Assembly (NCBI GenBank): GCA_020344395.1
Contig: CP070824.1
Span: forward strand, 2,227,470 to 2,264,785
Length of the DNA stretch: 37,316 nucleotides
From: Candidatus Zixiibacteriota bacterium
GTDB lineage: Bacteria > Zixibacteria > MSB-5A5 > GN15 > FEB-12
Direction of reading: 5' to 3'
Shown piece after piece: positions 1 to 7,785 of the stretch. Below the pieces are notes generated by a model, which saw nothing but the letters and a program-made list of their open reading frames with translations, was not told the DNA's origin and did not search any database. Position 1 is the stretch's first letter. Every line of letters starts with the position of its first letter. The position numbers and the translations under genes were made by a program.

Positions 1-256
1 ATCCCGCCGTAACCGATCTTGCTTACAATCTTGTAGTGCTATACTGCCGTGCCGGTTGATAGGGATACAAACGACTCGGTACGATCATCTCTTGAATCAT
101 CGGTATGCATAAATAGGCAGCTTCCAAACGGTGCTCCTCAGATCTTATGATGTTGACATACCGGAAGATAGGAAACGCGCGCCCCCAATGCAAACTCAAA
201 TACCAAGCAGGCCGAGTGCCCCACCGCGTATTATGGATGGCTCCCCATCCCACACA

Positions 257-862
257 TTATTGACAAAGTGGCAGGTCTGTGGATGGCAGCCTGAACAGAT
301 GAGTGATTAGCGTAGTCAGATCAGCGATGTCTATCAGGCCCTCGGGGTCCTGGTTAACATTCGCCTCCTTCTCGTGGCAGATAATACCCTCATCATAAAA
401 CAAGAAGGTTATCAGCGCTGTAAGGTCTGCAATGTCGACAATATCGTACTCATCTCCATCAACATTTCCGGCCAATCCCACACACTCGTCCAATGGTGCC
501 CTCTTGACTACTACGTTTGACATCTGTGACCAGTTTCCCGCGTCATCAGCCGCCCTGATGGCAAACCAGTAGTCCTTACCGCCTTCCAGCCCCGATACCG
601 TGAAGAACTCACGCGAACCGGCTTCCCTTGGACGTATGGGAAGTGTCACTTTGGTCGCCGAATCCCAGTTGTCAACGGTGAGAACGTTATCTGAATATCT
701 CAGTTCGTATACGGACGCTCTGCCGATATAACCGTCGTCACCAGGCGCCGTCCAGGTCAGTTCCAGACAGGAAGGATATACGGTACAAGCAGCCACCGAA
801 ATTAGAATGGCTAAAATCGTTCCACGGCCCGGAGATAACCTGATGATCGTGTCGTAACCCAT
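257..862 (-). CDS. Secreted fibronectin type III domain protein with C-terminal dockerin-like domain
   Basis: Hydrophobic N-terminus; FN3 signature LTWTAPGDDG...YELRYS...GLEGGKDYWFAIRAADDAGNWS; duplicated dockerin-like repeat GNVDGDEYDIVDIADLTALITFLF / ANVNQDPEGLIDIADLTTLITHLF; SD AGGAG upstream of ATG. Confidence 0.8.
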   Translation of the reverse strand: MGYDTIIRLSPGRGTILAILISVAACTVYPSCLELTWTAPGDDGYIGRASVYELRYSDNVLTVDNWDSATKVTLPIRPREAGSREFFTVSGLEGGKDYWFAIRAADDAGNWSQMSNVVVKRAPLDECVGLAGNVDGDEYDIVDIADLTALITFLFYDEGIICHEKEANVNQDPEGLIDIADLTTLITHLFRLPSTDLPLCQ

Positions 863-885
863 GGTGTTGTATCTCCTACATCACA

Positions 886-915
886 AATGTAATGTCGCTT
901 GCCTGCCTGTGTCAA
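886..915 (-). promoter_or_regulatory. Putative sigma70 promoter for the FN3-dockerin gene
   Basis: Minus strand TTGACA-N18-TACATT just upstream of the SD. Confidence 0.5.
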
Positions 916-1194
916 CCTGAAAGGGTCGGCGACGATGAAGTGGGTTTTGGGTTTCCCGTGCGATCAACTCTCGGAGTCCTGTCATCCTCCGGAAAACCGG
1001 GCTAATTGGAGCTTACGCGTATCACTGCGGTTACCTGATGGTCCAAGGTACCTCCAGTGTAGGCATAATCCCTTGCCGTGTCGAACCTTAAATCAGCTCT
1101 GAACGGCTCAAGTCGGCCGGGTCGCCCATTCGCATGCGGTGGGTTCCTCGCGTCCCATTACGAATATCTATAATCACATCCGTCCCGTCTTAAG

Positions 1195-1280
1195 CGGAGA
1201 GGCAGGGATTCGAACCCTGGATAGGGGCTTCCTATACACGCTTTCCAGGCGTGCGCCTTAAACCACTCGGCCACCTCTCC
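1195..1280 (-). tRNA. tRNA-Ser (anticodon GGA), CCA not encoded
   Basis: GGAGAGG/CCTCTCC acceptor stem; D arm GCCGAGTGGTTTAAGGC; anticodon arm CACGC-CTGGAAA-GCGTG; long variable arm ATAGG-AAGCC-CCTAT; T arm CAGGG-TTCGAAT-CCCTG; discriminator G followed by CTT. Confidence 0.97.
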
Positions 1281-1306
1281 GGAAAACCCTTGTGGTTTCA
1301 CGGGGT

Positions 1307-1335
1307 AATATATCCTGAGAACTCAGGATCTCCAA
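1307..1335 (-). promoter_or_regulatory. Putative sigma70 promoter of tRNA-Ser with palindromic spacer
   Basis: TTGGAG-N17-TATATT, 26 nt upstream of the tRNA 5' end; ATCCTGAG-TT-CTCAGGAT inverted repeat at 1312-1329. Confidence 0.55.
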
Positions 1336-1369
1336 CTGTAAGTAATGGAAAAAAGAGATAGGTCCCGGC

Positions 1370-2782
1370 TCAGTCACCCTTGAAAGCCGAGATCATGATA
1401 TTAGAGCCTTCAAGACTCACTTTGCAGCAAGTCTGATCCTCGAGAATCTCACGGTAGAGAATGCCAAAATGAGCCACCGAGCCTGCATAAAGGGTATCTT
1501 CCACAATAATGCAGGAATCCCGATATTCCTTCATCTTCTCTTCAACTTCGAGTTTCTGCTTTTCCAGGGCTTCAATGTTTCCCGGCAGCCCTTCCTTAAA
1601 AGCCTCCAGTTTGGCCAGCGCCTGCTCTTTATCTGGAGGGAGGCTGTCACCGGCCTGAAGCTTGTACAGCGCCTGGAGTGCATCTTTCACCCTTTGGCCG
1701 TCAGCCTGGAGACGGGCTATCTCGTTGGATATCTGGCGATGCCGTTTCATCAACTTGTGGTTATAGGCGACAAAGAGGTCGGTCTTGGTCCCGGCCTCCG
1801 AACCCGCCACCGATGTCCTTATCGCCTTACCGGCGCGAGTTACCCCGCCAACGATCTTGCCGCGCCGACCTTTAATATGAATCTTCTCTTTCGCCGTAGC
1901 CTGGCAGTTGATAAGTTCTCCGCCAACATGCAGATCGTTGCCGGCAATGATTTTCTGACCCTCGGCATACTTCAACGTAATGTCACCATCGGCGCGCAAT
2001 TGCCCCTGACCGTTGCCGAAGAATCCACCCTTAATCATGATATTGCCCTTGGTGTAAATATCCGCGTCCTCGACGTTTCCGGACACCTCAAGGTCGCCAT
2101 CAATCCTTAATTCAAACCCCGCTTTGATACACCCGGCGACCCGAACTGAACCTCTGCAATCGAGGTTGCCGACGCTAAAATCCACATCCCCCCGAACCGT
2201 AAGAACATCGTTGACTGATACCTTGCCGTTCTGGAAAAGTATAGCGCCGCTGGTGGCGGCGCGAAGTTCCAGCCCATCATCGGACAGGACGGTCTTCGCC
2301 CCGTACTTGATGGGGATATCCCGACCCGCGGGCCCCGAAATTTCCTTACCGTAAACATTCCTGCCCGGGACACCCTCAGTCGGCGGAATCTTATGAGCGA
2401 GAACTTTACCTTCCTCGATATTCTGTATGAAATTGATGTCGTGGTAATCGATCCGCCCGTCCTCATCTTCCTTGGGAGTGTGTTTGTCCAGGGTGTCAAA
2501 ATGATAGACTATGGTTGACGAGTTCCCTCGCTTGGGCTTAACGCCTTCAGCAGCTCTGAGCGGTGTATTGAAGGCGCGCTCATCAACCGCTTTCTTGATA
2601 CCCTCTTCGTCGATTCCGTATTTGACCCCTGCCGCCTCGAGGGCCTTCATGACGTCCTCGAATGTGGGATCGGATTCCTCCGAAGACGGATTACGCAGGA
2701 GCAGTGAGGCAACCATTGAGTCTTTTGAGATCGTGACCTTAACTAGCTCACGGGTACCGGTCTGTGTGCCCGTACTGGTCAT
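1370..2782 (-). CDS. fapA: Flagellar assembly protein A (DUF342/FapA family)
   Basis: Typical motifs GVKYGIDE, GRIDYHDINFIQNI, IPPTEGVPGRNVYG, GDVDFSVGNL beta-solenoid and a C-terminal coiled coil; flagellar context. Confidence 0.88.
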   Translation of the reverse strand: MTSTGTQTGTRELVKVTISKDSMVASLLLRNPSSEESDPTFEDVMKALEAAGVKYGIDEEGIKKAVDERAFNTPLRAAEGVKPKRGNSSTIVYHFDTLDKHTPKEDEDGRIDYHDINFIQNIEEGKVLAHKIPPTEGVPGRNVYGKEISGPAGRDIPIKYGAKTVLSDDGLELRAATSGAILFQNGKVSVNDVLTVRGDVDFSVGNLDCRGSVRVAGCIKAGFELRIDGDLEVSGNVEDADIYTKGNIMIKGGFFGNGQGQLRADGDITLKYAEGQKIIAGNDLHVGGELINCQATAKEKIHIKGRRGKIVGGVTRAGKAIRTSVAGSEAGTKTDLFVAYNHKLMKRHRQISNEIARLQADGQRVKDALQALYKLQAGDSLPPDKEQALAKLEAFKEGLPGNIEALEKQKLEVEEKMKEYRDSCIIVEDTLYAGSVAHFGILYREILEDQTCCKVSLEGSNIMISAFKGD

Positions 2783-2796
2783 CCGCGCTCCCCTTC

Positions 2797-3201
2797 CTAA
2801 GCTCGCTCCGTGTCCTCTTTCGGTGCGGATAGAAGGCGCCGGTAGGCACGTTCCACTACTAAGGAAATTTCGTGGCTCTTGAATGGCTTGGTAATATACT
2901 CGTCTGCTCCAAGCAGCAGGGCATCCTTGACCGTATATGTGTCACCATAGGCCGTCATCATGATAACGCCCACGCCCGGATAGTCTTTCTTGATGACGCG
3001 CAGAAGGTCAAATCCGCCCATACCGGGCATCTTCATGTCCGTAATCACGAGCTGTGGGCTCTCGTTTTTCAGCACTTCCAGAGCCTCTTCCCCGTCTCCG
3101 GCCAGCAATACGCGATACCCGTCGCGAGAAAGAATCTTGTCCAGCAGATCTCTCATGCCGACTTCATCGTCCACGATAAGTATGGAAAGAAGATTCTCCA
3201 T
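2797..3201 (-). CDS. Single-domain response regulator (receiver)
   Basis: ILIVDDE, VITDMKMPGMGG (phospho-Asp), MMTAY, YITKPF; no output domain. Confidence 0.92.
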   Translation of the reverse strand: MENLLSILIVDDEVGMRDLLDKILSRDGYRVLLAGDGEEALEVLKNESPQLVITDMKMPGMGGFDLLRVIKKDYPGVGVIMMTAYGDTYTVKDALLLGADEYITKPFKSHEISLVVERAYRRLLSAPKEDTERA

Positions 3202-3274
3202 TGCCCTCAGTCGTCCCTCATCTTATCACCTGGAAGTTAATCGATTCAATCAGGGCGTTCACCCGCTATCCCTG

Positions 3275-3691
3275 CTAACCCAGCAGGGTTGCGTTGAGCG
3301 CCCCTATGAATTCATCCAGCTTGATCGGTTTGTACACTACCTTGCAAGCACCGAGCACGCCGGCTTGATTGACCAGTTTCTCGGTGGCATTTCCGGTGAT
3401 GACTACGATGGGCGTACGAGGCGACAACTCCTTGATCCGATCAAGGGCATCCAGCCCCGACATCTCCGGCATCACCAGATCCATTGTCACCAGGTCGTAG
3501 GTCGTCTTGCTGACCAGCCCCACGGCTTCAGTTCCGCTGGAGGCCATGTCAACTTCGAAGGCGTCCGTCAACTCGCAGAAATCTCTAAATACGTCGCGCA
3601 CCCAGGGCTCGTCATCCACAATGAGGATTTTGAACGGCTGGCCTTTTTCACGGGCCTTCCGACTCAGGTTTTCAAGATCATTATCTGTCAT
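3275..3691 (-). CDS. Single-domain response regulator (receiver)
   Basis: ILIVDDE, VTMDLVMPEMSG, VVITG, VVYKP; start moved to ATG 3691 because the TTG at 3760 abuts a sigma28 -10 box. Confidence 0.88.
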   Translation of the reverse strand: MTDNDLENLSRKAREKGQPFKILIVDDEPWVRDVFRDFCELTDAFEVDMASSGTEAVGLVSKTTYDLVTMDLVMPEMSGLDALDRIKELSPRTPIVVITGNATEKLVNQAGVLGACKVVYKPIKLDEFIGALNATLLG

Positions 3692-3763
3692 ATGCTTACT
3701 CACTTGGCGGGCGTTGCAATCCGCTTGTTTTGGCGGTGAGCCAAATCCGGCTCCCCTCAAGGT

Positions 3764-3790
3764 TTATCGGCAATCGGGGCCGCTTCCTCA
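3764..3790 (-). promoter_or_regulatory. Putative sigma28 (FliA) promoter for receiver-receiver-fapA
   Basis: Perfect -10 GCCGATAA (3764-3771) in intergenic DNA; weak -35 TGAG at N15. Confidence 0.6.
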
Positions 3791-3849
3791 ATCCGCTGAA
3801 TACACCAATTCGCATGGCCGACCGGGATTCTCGCACCTGGCGCATAGAA

Positions 3850-4218
3850 TCACGCCATCAGGTCCCTGAGTTGAGAGAGAGAGCCCAGGACCCTTGAGCA
3901 TTGCTCCAGTATACCGTGAAGCTTCACCTCAACATGATCCTTGGCGAGTCTTCCTGAGGGCACTTCGTAGGCCATAACCTCCTTATGCTGGGCCGCATTG
4001 AGGATGGTCGTAACCTCCTGGACCACTTTCACCGTCCCGTTTATCAGTCTGACAAAATCAGGTTCCAGGACGACGAATTTACCGCTGGTATCCTTCTGCT
4101 TAAACCTGGCCAGCAGGATAGCGAGGTTGACAGCCAGTGATTTGACCTCATCATTGAGCCGGTCAACTTCGCAGATGATCTGCGGAACCTGGTCTTTTGT
4201 TTCATTGTTCTCAGACAT
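3850..4218 (-). CDS. Small helical protein resembling an isolated, degenerate MCP signalling-domain hairpin tip
   Basis: EVKSLAVNLAILLAR...GKFVVLEPDFVRLINGTVKVVQEVTTIL aligns by eye with the MCP consensus QTNLLALNAAIEAAR..GRGFAVVAxEVRKLAxxTxxxTxEIxxLI. Confidence 0.6.
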   Translation of the reverse strand: MSENNETKDQVPQIICEVDRLNDEVKSLAVNLAILLARFKQKDTSGKFVVLEPDFVRLINGTVKVVQEVTTILNAAQHKEVMAYEVPSGRLAKDHVEVKLHGILEQCSRVLGSLSQLRDLMA

Positions 4219-4257
4219 TCTATCTCACCGATTCACCGAACCGCTGTGTATCCGCCT

Positions 4258-5118
4258 CTAACCGGGCGATTTAGCTCCTGTCTCCTGAGCTTGCCGACCG
4301 GATGACATCACCGAGCCTATCCCGAGCATACGGCGGTTTACCTCGGTGATGGCGAGAGCCGCGGCCTCAATACGTTTCAGACGAGTGAGGGTTTTCTGAT
4401 CATAACCCTTGAGTTGAATCCGCAGACATTGAGCGCTGCCCACGATCACCTCCAGAAGATTGCAGGCCTCATGAAAGGCCGCTGAGGCCAGTTCATCCGC
4501 TGCAACCACCCGCTCTCCAGGGACAACCATACATCGAATCGCATCGAAATCCTGCTTAGTCTTGTCCAGCTCGAGTTCCAGGGCAGATATTATCTGTTCG
4601 TAGATCAGCCGCTCCATCGAAATACTGAGTTGATCCGCCACTATCGCCAGCAGTCCGAGATGATGATCGGCAAGGCCCTGCGGCCGTCGGCAGCCCAAAT
4701 TCAGTACTCCAATAAGCCGCTCATCCCTGACCAGGGGATAAGAGAGAACGCATGCGAAATCGACTTCCGGATCGAAATTGCTCTTCTTAGTGCGATCGGA
4801 CAGCAGGATTGGCTTGCGGCTGCGTGCCGTCCACCCGGACAGACCATCCCCTAACTTCAGCCTGAAATTCTCGAGTATCTCGATCCGAGAACCGAGCGTT
4901 GCCCGTTCCTCCAAACGTTTGCCCGCAGAATCGACAAGGAACAACGTAGCCGCGTCGAATGGCACCAACTGCTGCACAAGGCCGAGCACATCCCGGTAAA
5001 CGGTTCCGGATGCCCGGTCTCTGCGGCATCGTGCTGAAATCTCGGCCAGCAGACCGATCTTCTTCCAGAAATCCGGCGATTCGATGTTACCTTCCGGCCG
5101 CACTTTGTCAGCGTACAA
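4258..5118 (-). CDS. GAF domain protein with C-terminal HisKA/DHp helix pair and no HATPase domain
   Basis: GAF motifs GDGLSGWTARSRKPILLSD and VLSYPLVRDERLIGVLNL; H-box-like AAFHEACNLLEVIVGSAQ (His216); ORF ends ~20 aa after the DHp; TTG start coupled to the upstream stop. Confidence 0.75.
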   Translation of the reverse strand: MYADKVRPEGNIESPDFWKKIGLLAEISARCRRDRASGTVYRDVLGLVQQLVPFDAATLFLVDSAGKRLEERATLGSRIEILENFRLKLGDGLSGWTARSRKPILLSDRTKKSNFDPEVDFACVLSYPLVRDERLIGVLNLGCRRPQGLADHHLGLLAIVADQLSISMERLIYEQIISALELELDKTKQDFDAIRCMVVPGERVVAADELASAAFHEACNLLEVIVGSAQCLRIQLKGYDQKTLTRLKRIEAAALAITEVNRRMLGIGSVMSSGRQAQETGAKSPG

Positions 5119-5119
5119 G

Positions 5120-5731
5120 TTACCTGCCTCTCATCAGCATTTTCGTTCGCGTGGCCAGCCTCTCGGCCAGACGATTCTCAAGACGATCGAACAGATCCAA
5201 CTTTTCGGACGCCCGCAGGACCAGATCGGGATCATCACGGTTGTTATCAGGATCACCCTGAATCACCCGTCTGGCACAACATATTTCCCGAAACGGCTCG
5301 GCCGCGAGCATTCGTCCTCGTTGCAGATCGAGGAGGCGATATTCCCCCTGTACAACACCCACTGTCTCCCAGCGGTGCAACAGCAGCGGAATGCCTGTCT
5401 TCTTCTGGATTTCCAGCCTTTCCTTGGCCACCTGAACGACCAGCAGATAGCGCATCCCCAGTTCTCTGCCCCAGTCAATCAGACTATCCACATCATAAGC
5501 CGCGTGCGGGAAGGGCGGGGTTTCCTCACCCAGTCTCTCGGACAACACGACCCTCAGATCTCGATTGCGTGTGAGATGCTGAGCGACTTTCTGGGTGATG
5601 GCAGACTCCATCCAAGGCAATGCCGGTTGCTCAACGTGCAACAGCACGGTTCGAGTGTTGGACAACAGATTACCGCCGCCGCAGATAAGGATGGCCAGAA
5701 GCAGCCTGATTATCATGCGCCTGTTTACCAT
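5120..5731 (-). CDS. Putative exported protein (possible CsgG/TolB-N/FlgT-like alpha-beta fold)
   Basis: Basic plus hydrophobic signal-like N-terminus; pattern ...GRELGMRYLLVVQV...YRLLDLQRGRMLAA...RLAERL resembles that fold class; fold assignment tentative. Confidence 0.6.
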   Translation of the reverse strand: MVNRRMIIRLLLAILICGGGNLLSNTRTVLLHVEQPALPWMESAITQKVAQHLTRNRDLRVVLSERLGEETPPFPHAAYDVDSLIDWGRELGMRYLLVVQVAKERLEIQKKTGIPLLLHRWETVGVVQGEYRLLDLQRGRMLAAEPFREICCARRVIQGDPDNNRDDPDLVLRASEKLDLFDRLENRLAERLATRTKMLMRGR

Positions 5732-5740
5732 GGCCCTTAC

Positions 5741-6253
5741 CTACTCCGCCGGCTGGCGATACATGTATTGTTTTAGGACTCTGCGCACCGATCCGTCGAA
5801 ATCCGTATAATTGCCCGCAATCAGATCGATTTCCGCCTTACTCAACATATCCTCCAGCCGCTCCCGGGACAGGAACTCAATGCCGGTCAGGCAACCTTCC
5901 TCTGTCTGTTCCACTCGCTTGGTAAGTCCCAGAACGTCGTCGAGGGGTTCAATATCCTGAAGGATGAAGTGCATCGACACAATATCGCCGCAGCAAATGG
6001 CTTCATTGAGGTCCACCAACACTCCGCCGGCTGAAATATTTAGCACGGTACCGGCGATGACCCGATCATTCCCGTCCGGCCAAAAGCCGCCATGGGTATC
6101 CTTAAGGGTCTGCAGAGACATCGGGGTCGATATCTCGAGCCGAATGAAGCGCCTCTTGTTGCGCCGCTCCACTTTGAACGGACGGCGAACATCCGTGTCG
6201 CCGGTGGCAGTGTCGACCTCACTGATTAACTTGACCTTCGAATCTGGTTTCAT
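5741..6253 (-). CDS. PilZ domain protein
   Basis: RRFIR (RxxxR) and NISAGG motifs, GIEF; ATGA overlap with the upstream stop supports start 6253. Confidence 0.85.
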   Translation of the reverse strand: MKPDSKVKLISEVDTATGDTDVRRPFKVERRNKRRFIRLEISTPMSLQTLKDTHGGFWPDGNDRVIAGTVLNISAGGVLVDLNEAICCGDIVSMHFILQDIEPLDDVLGLTKRVEQTEEGCLTGIEFLSRERLEDMLSKAEIDLIAGNYTDFDGSVRRVLKQYMYRQPAE

Positions 6254-7026
6254 TGCTTGCTCCCATATGCAAATTGACTTTCTTTGTCCGGGTTCCATAA
6301 TTGTAGCTTCCGGTTCAAGCGGCTGCGGCTCTGAAGAGTGTACCGAAAGACCGACTGCGGCAGCAATTGTCTGGCCGCCCTCGGCAGAAGCCTCAGGCTC
6401 TCTTCTCTCACCAGAAACTCAATGCCCACCATGAACTGACCGTCCTCATCCTGAAAACTATGGCATACTCTGCCCAGAACCATCGGCGGCAGGAACGCCT
6501 GTTCCCAGTCGACATTGATCAGCAGGTACACTCCCTCCTGGAGGCAAGTCGGCACCTTCATGAGCAACCCGCCGCTTGACAGATTGACGCTGTCGGTGGC
6601 CACCCACCGCAAACTCGACAGGCTCCGACGGGAATGCGTGGCAACGGGGAAAGCCGCCATACTTACCGAACGCTTCAGGTCAAGACGAAGGAACCGTCGC
6701 TGAGAAAGGGGTGTGGCCTTCTGGTTCAGTATAAAATTGCACGTGCCGCCCAGGCTGCGCTTCAATCTCGCCCGTACCGATACTTTCTGCCCTTTGTAGG
6801 AAAACCGTAGCACGACGGACTGCAGATTTGCAAGGTTACTGAGCGGTCCCTTACGATCTCCGCGCTCGACCGTAATCTGATGCGGTTGCACCGAAATTAC
6901 CCGGCCTGTCAGACTCTTGCCCTGAAATTGCTCCGAGAATATGGCAATCTCGGTCCCGACCAGGCAGGAAAGATCGAATGCCTGTGTTGCCACAAACCTC
7001 CCTGATGAGGAGCCTTCATGTGCCAT
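6250..7026 (-). CDS. YcgR-like flagellar brake protein (N-terminal barrel + PilZ)
   Basis: QRRFLR and NLSSGG motifs, GIEF; N-terminal beta-rich domain; ATG 7026 follows AAGGA and the upstream stop. Confidence 0.8.
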   Translation of the reverse strand: MAHEGSSSGRFVATQAFDLSCLVGTEIAIFSEQFQGKSLTGRVISVQPHQITVERGDRKGPLSNLANLQSVVLRFSYKGQKVSVRARLKRSLGGTCNFILNQKATPLSQRRFLRLDLKRSVSMAAFPVATHSRRSLSSLRWVATDSVNLSSGGLLMKVPTCLQEGVYLLINVDWEQAFLPPMVLGRVCHSFQDEDGQFMVGIEFLVREESLRLLPRAARQLLPQSVFRYTLQSRSRLNRKLQLWNPDKESQFAYGSKQ

Positions 7027-7027
7027 A

Positions 7028-7768
7028 TCAGAACAGTCCTTTCTTTCGCATCTCATTCTGGTCAGAAAGAATGCGAGCGGCTAACTCCGTCCGCTTAGGT
7101 CTGGTGAACTCCTTGACTGCCTGAGGCAGGAGACGAAGAGTCTCTTTCGGGAAGAGCCTGGCCAGTCTTTCCGCCAGGATGAATTCGACTCCAGCCTGCC
7201 TCACCTCGCCCTGATCAACCGTCCTTTGACATATGGCTGCCATTATCCCGGGCAATCCCTGACCTTCAACGAACTCCAGCCTCACCAACAGCAGGGAGTT
7301 CACGTTTATCCTGTCCTGAACTGTTATCAGGGCTCCGCCCCCGCTGATGTTTACACAGCGCGATTCCAACCAGATAAGATCACTCTTCAGCTCCTGCTGC
7401 GGCGCCACCGGCGTGTAAAGAGCTTTCGTGTCCGTACCGGTTCGGACGAACAGGCGCCGCTGAACCCGTTGAAGTCTGGTCGGAGGGCTCAACACCATCT
7501 GCCGGCCATGTTTGAGCCGGCGCCTGATAATCCTCGAATGAAATTGATAAGCAGCATCCTCTCGCGTGAAGGTTACCACCGTCGGTATCTTATCCCTGAG
7601 GCGCGTGTGCCCGCGAACGAATTCAGGCTGGGTGATGACTATGCCGCCATTGACGAAATCTTCGATGCGTGCCTCGTAGATTCCTGCCGCCTTATCCTCA
7701 CCTACGAGCAACGTTATCTTCTCATGCACTCTGAAGAGGTGTTCGGTCTTTTGATCCAGGGCGCGCAT
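7028..7768 (-). CDS. YcgR/DgrA-like flagellar brake protein (YcgR_2 + PilZ)
   Basis: YEARIED...FTREDAAYQFHSRI N-domain; QRVQRRLFVR, NISGGGA, GVEF; C-terminal MRKKGLF. Confidence 0.88.
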   Translation of the reverse strand: MRALDQKTEHLFRVHEKITLLVGEDKAAGIYEARIEDFVNGGIVITQPEFVRGHTRLRDKIPTVVTFTREDAAYQFHSRIIRRRLKHGRQMVLSPPTRLQRVQRRLFVRTGTDTKALYTPVAPQQELKSDLIWLESRCVNISGGGALITVQDRINVNSLLLVRLEFVEGQGLPGIMAAICQRTVDQGEVRQAGVEFILAERLARLFPKETLRLLPQAVKEFTRPKRTELAARILSDQNEMRKKGLF

Positions 7769-7785
7769 TTACCATCCCGCCAATA

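Noticed and set aside
23-253. 76-aa minus-strand ORF
   Set aside because: No SD, no recognisable motif, atypical composition; cannot be supported as a gene
1075-1102. Minus-strand GAGCTGATTTAAGGTTCGAC resembling a tmRNA 5' end, and nearby GGGACGC resembling a c-di-GMP-I riboswitch core
   Set aside because: No matching tmRNA 3' T-arm/acceptor end; no GCAAA or GNRA-receptor architecture for the riboswitch
1190-1215. tRNA 3' end as an attachment site of an integrated element
   Set aside because: No duplicate of the tRNA 3' end and no integrase seen in the window
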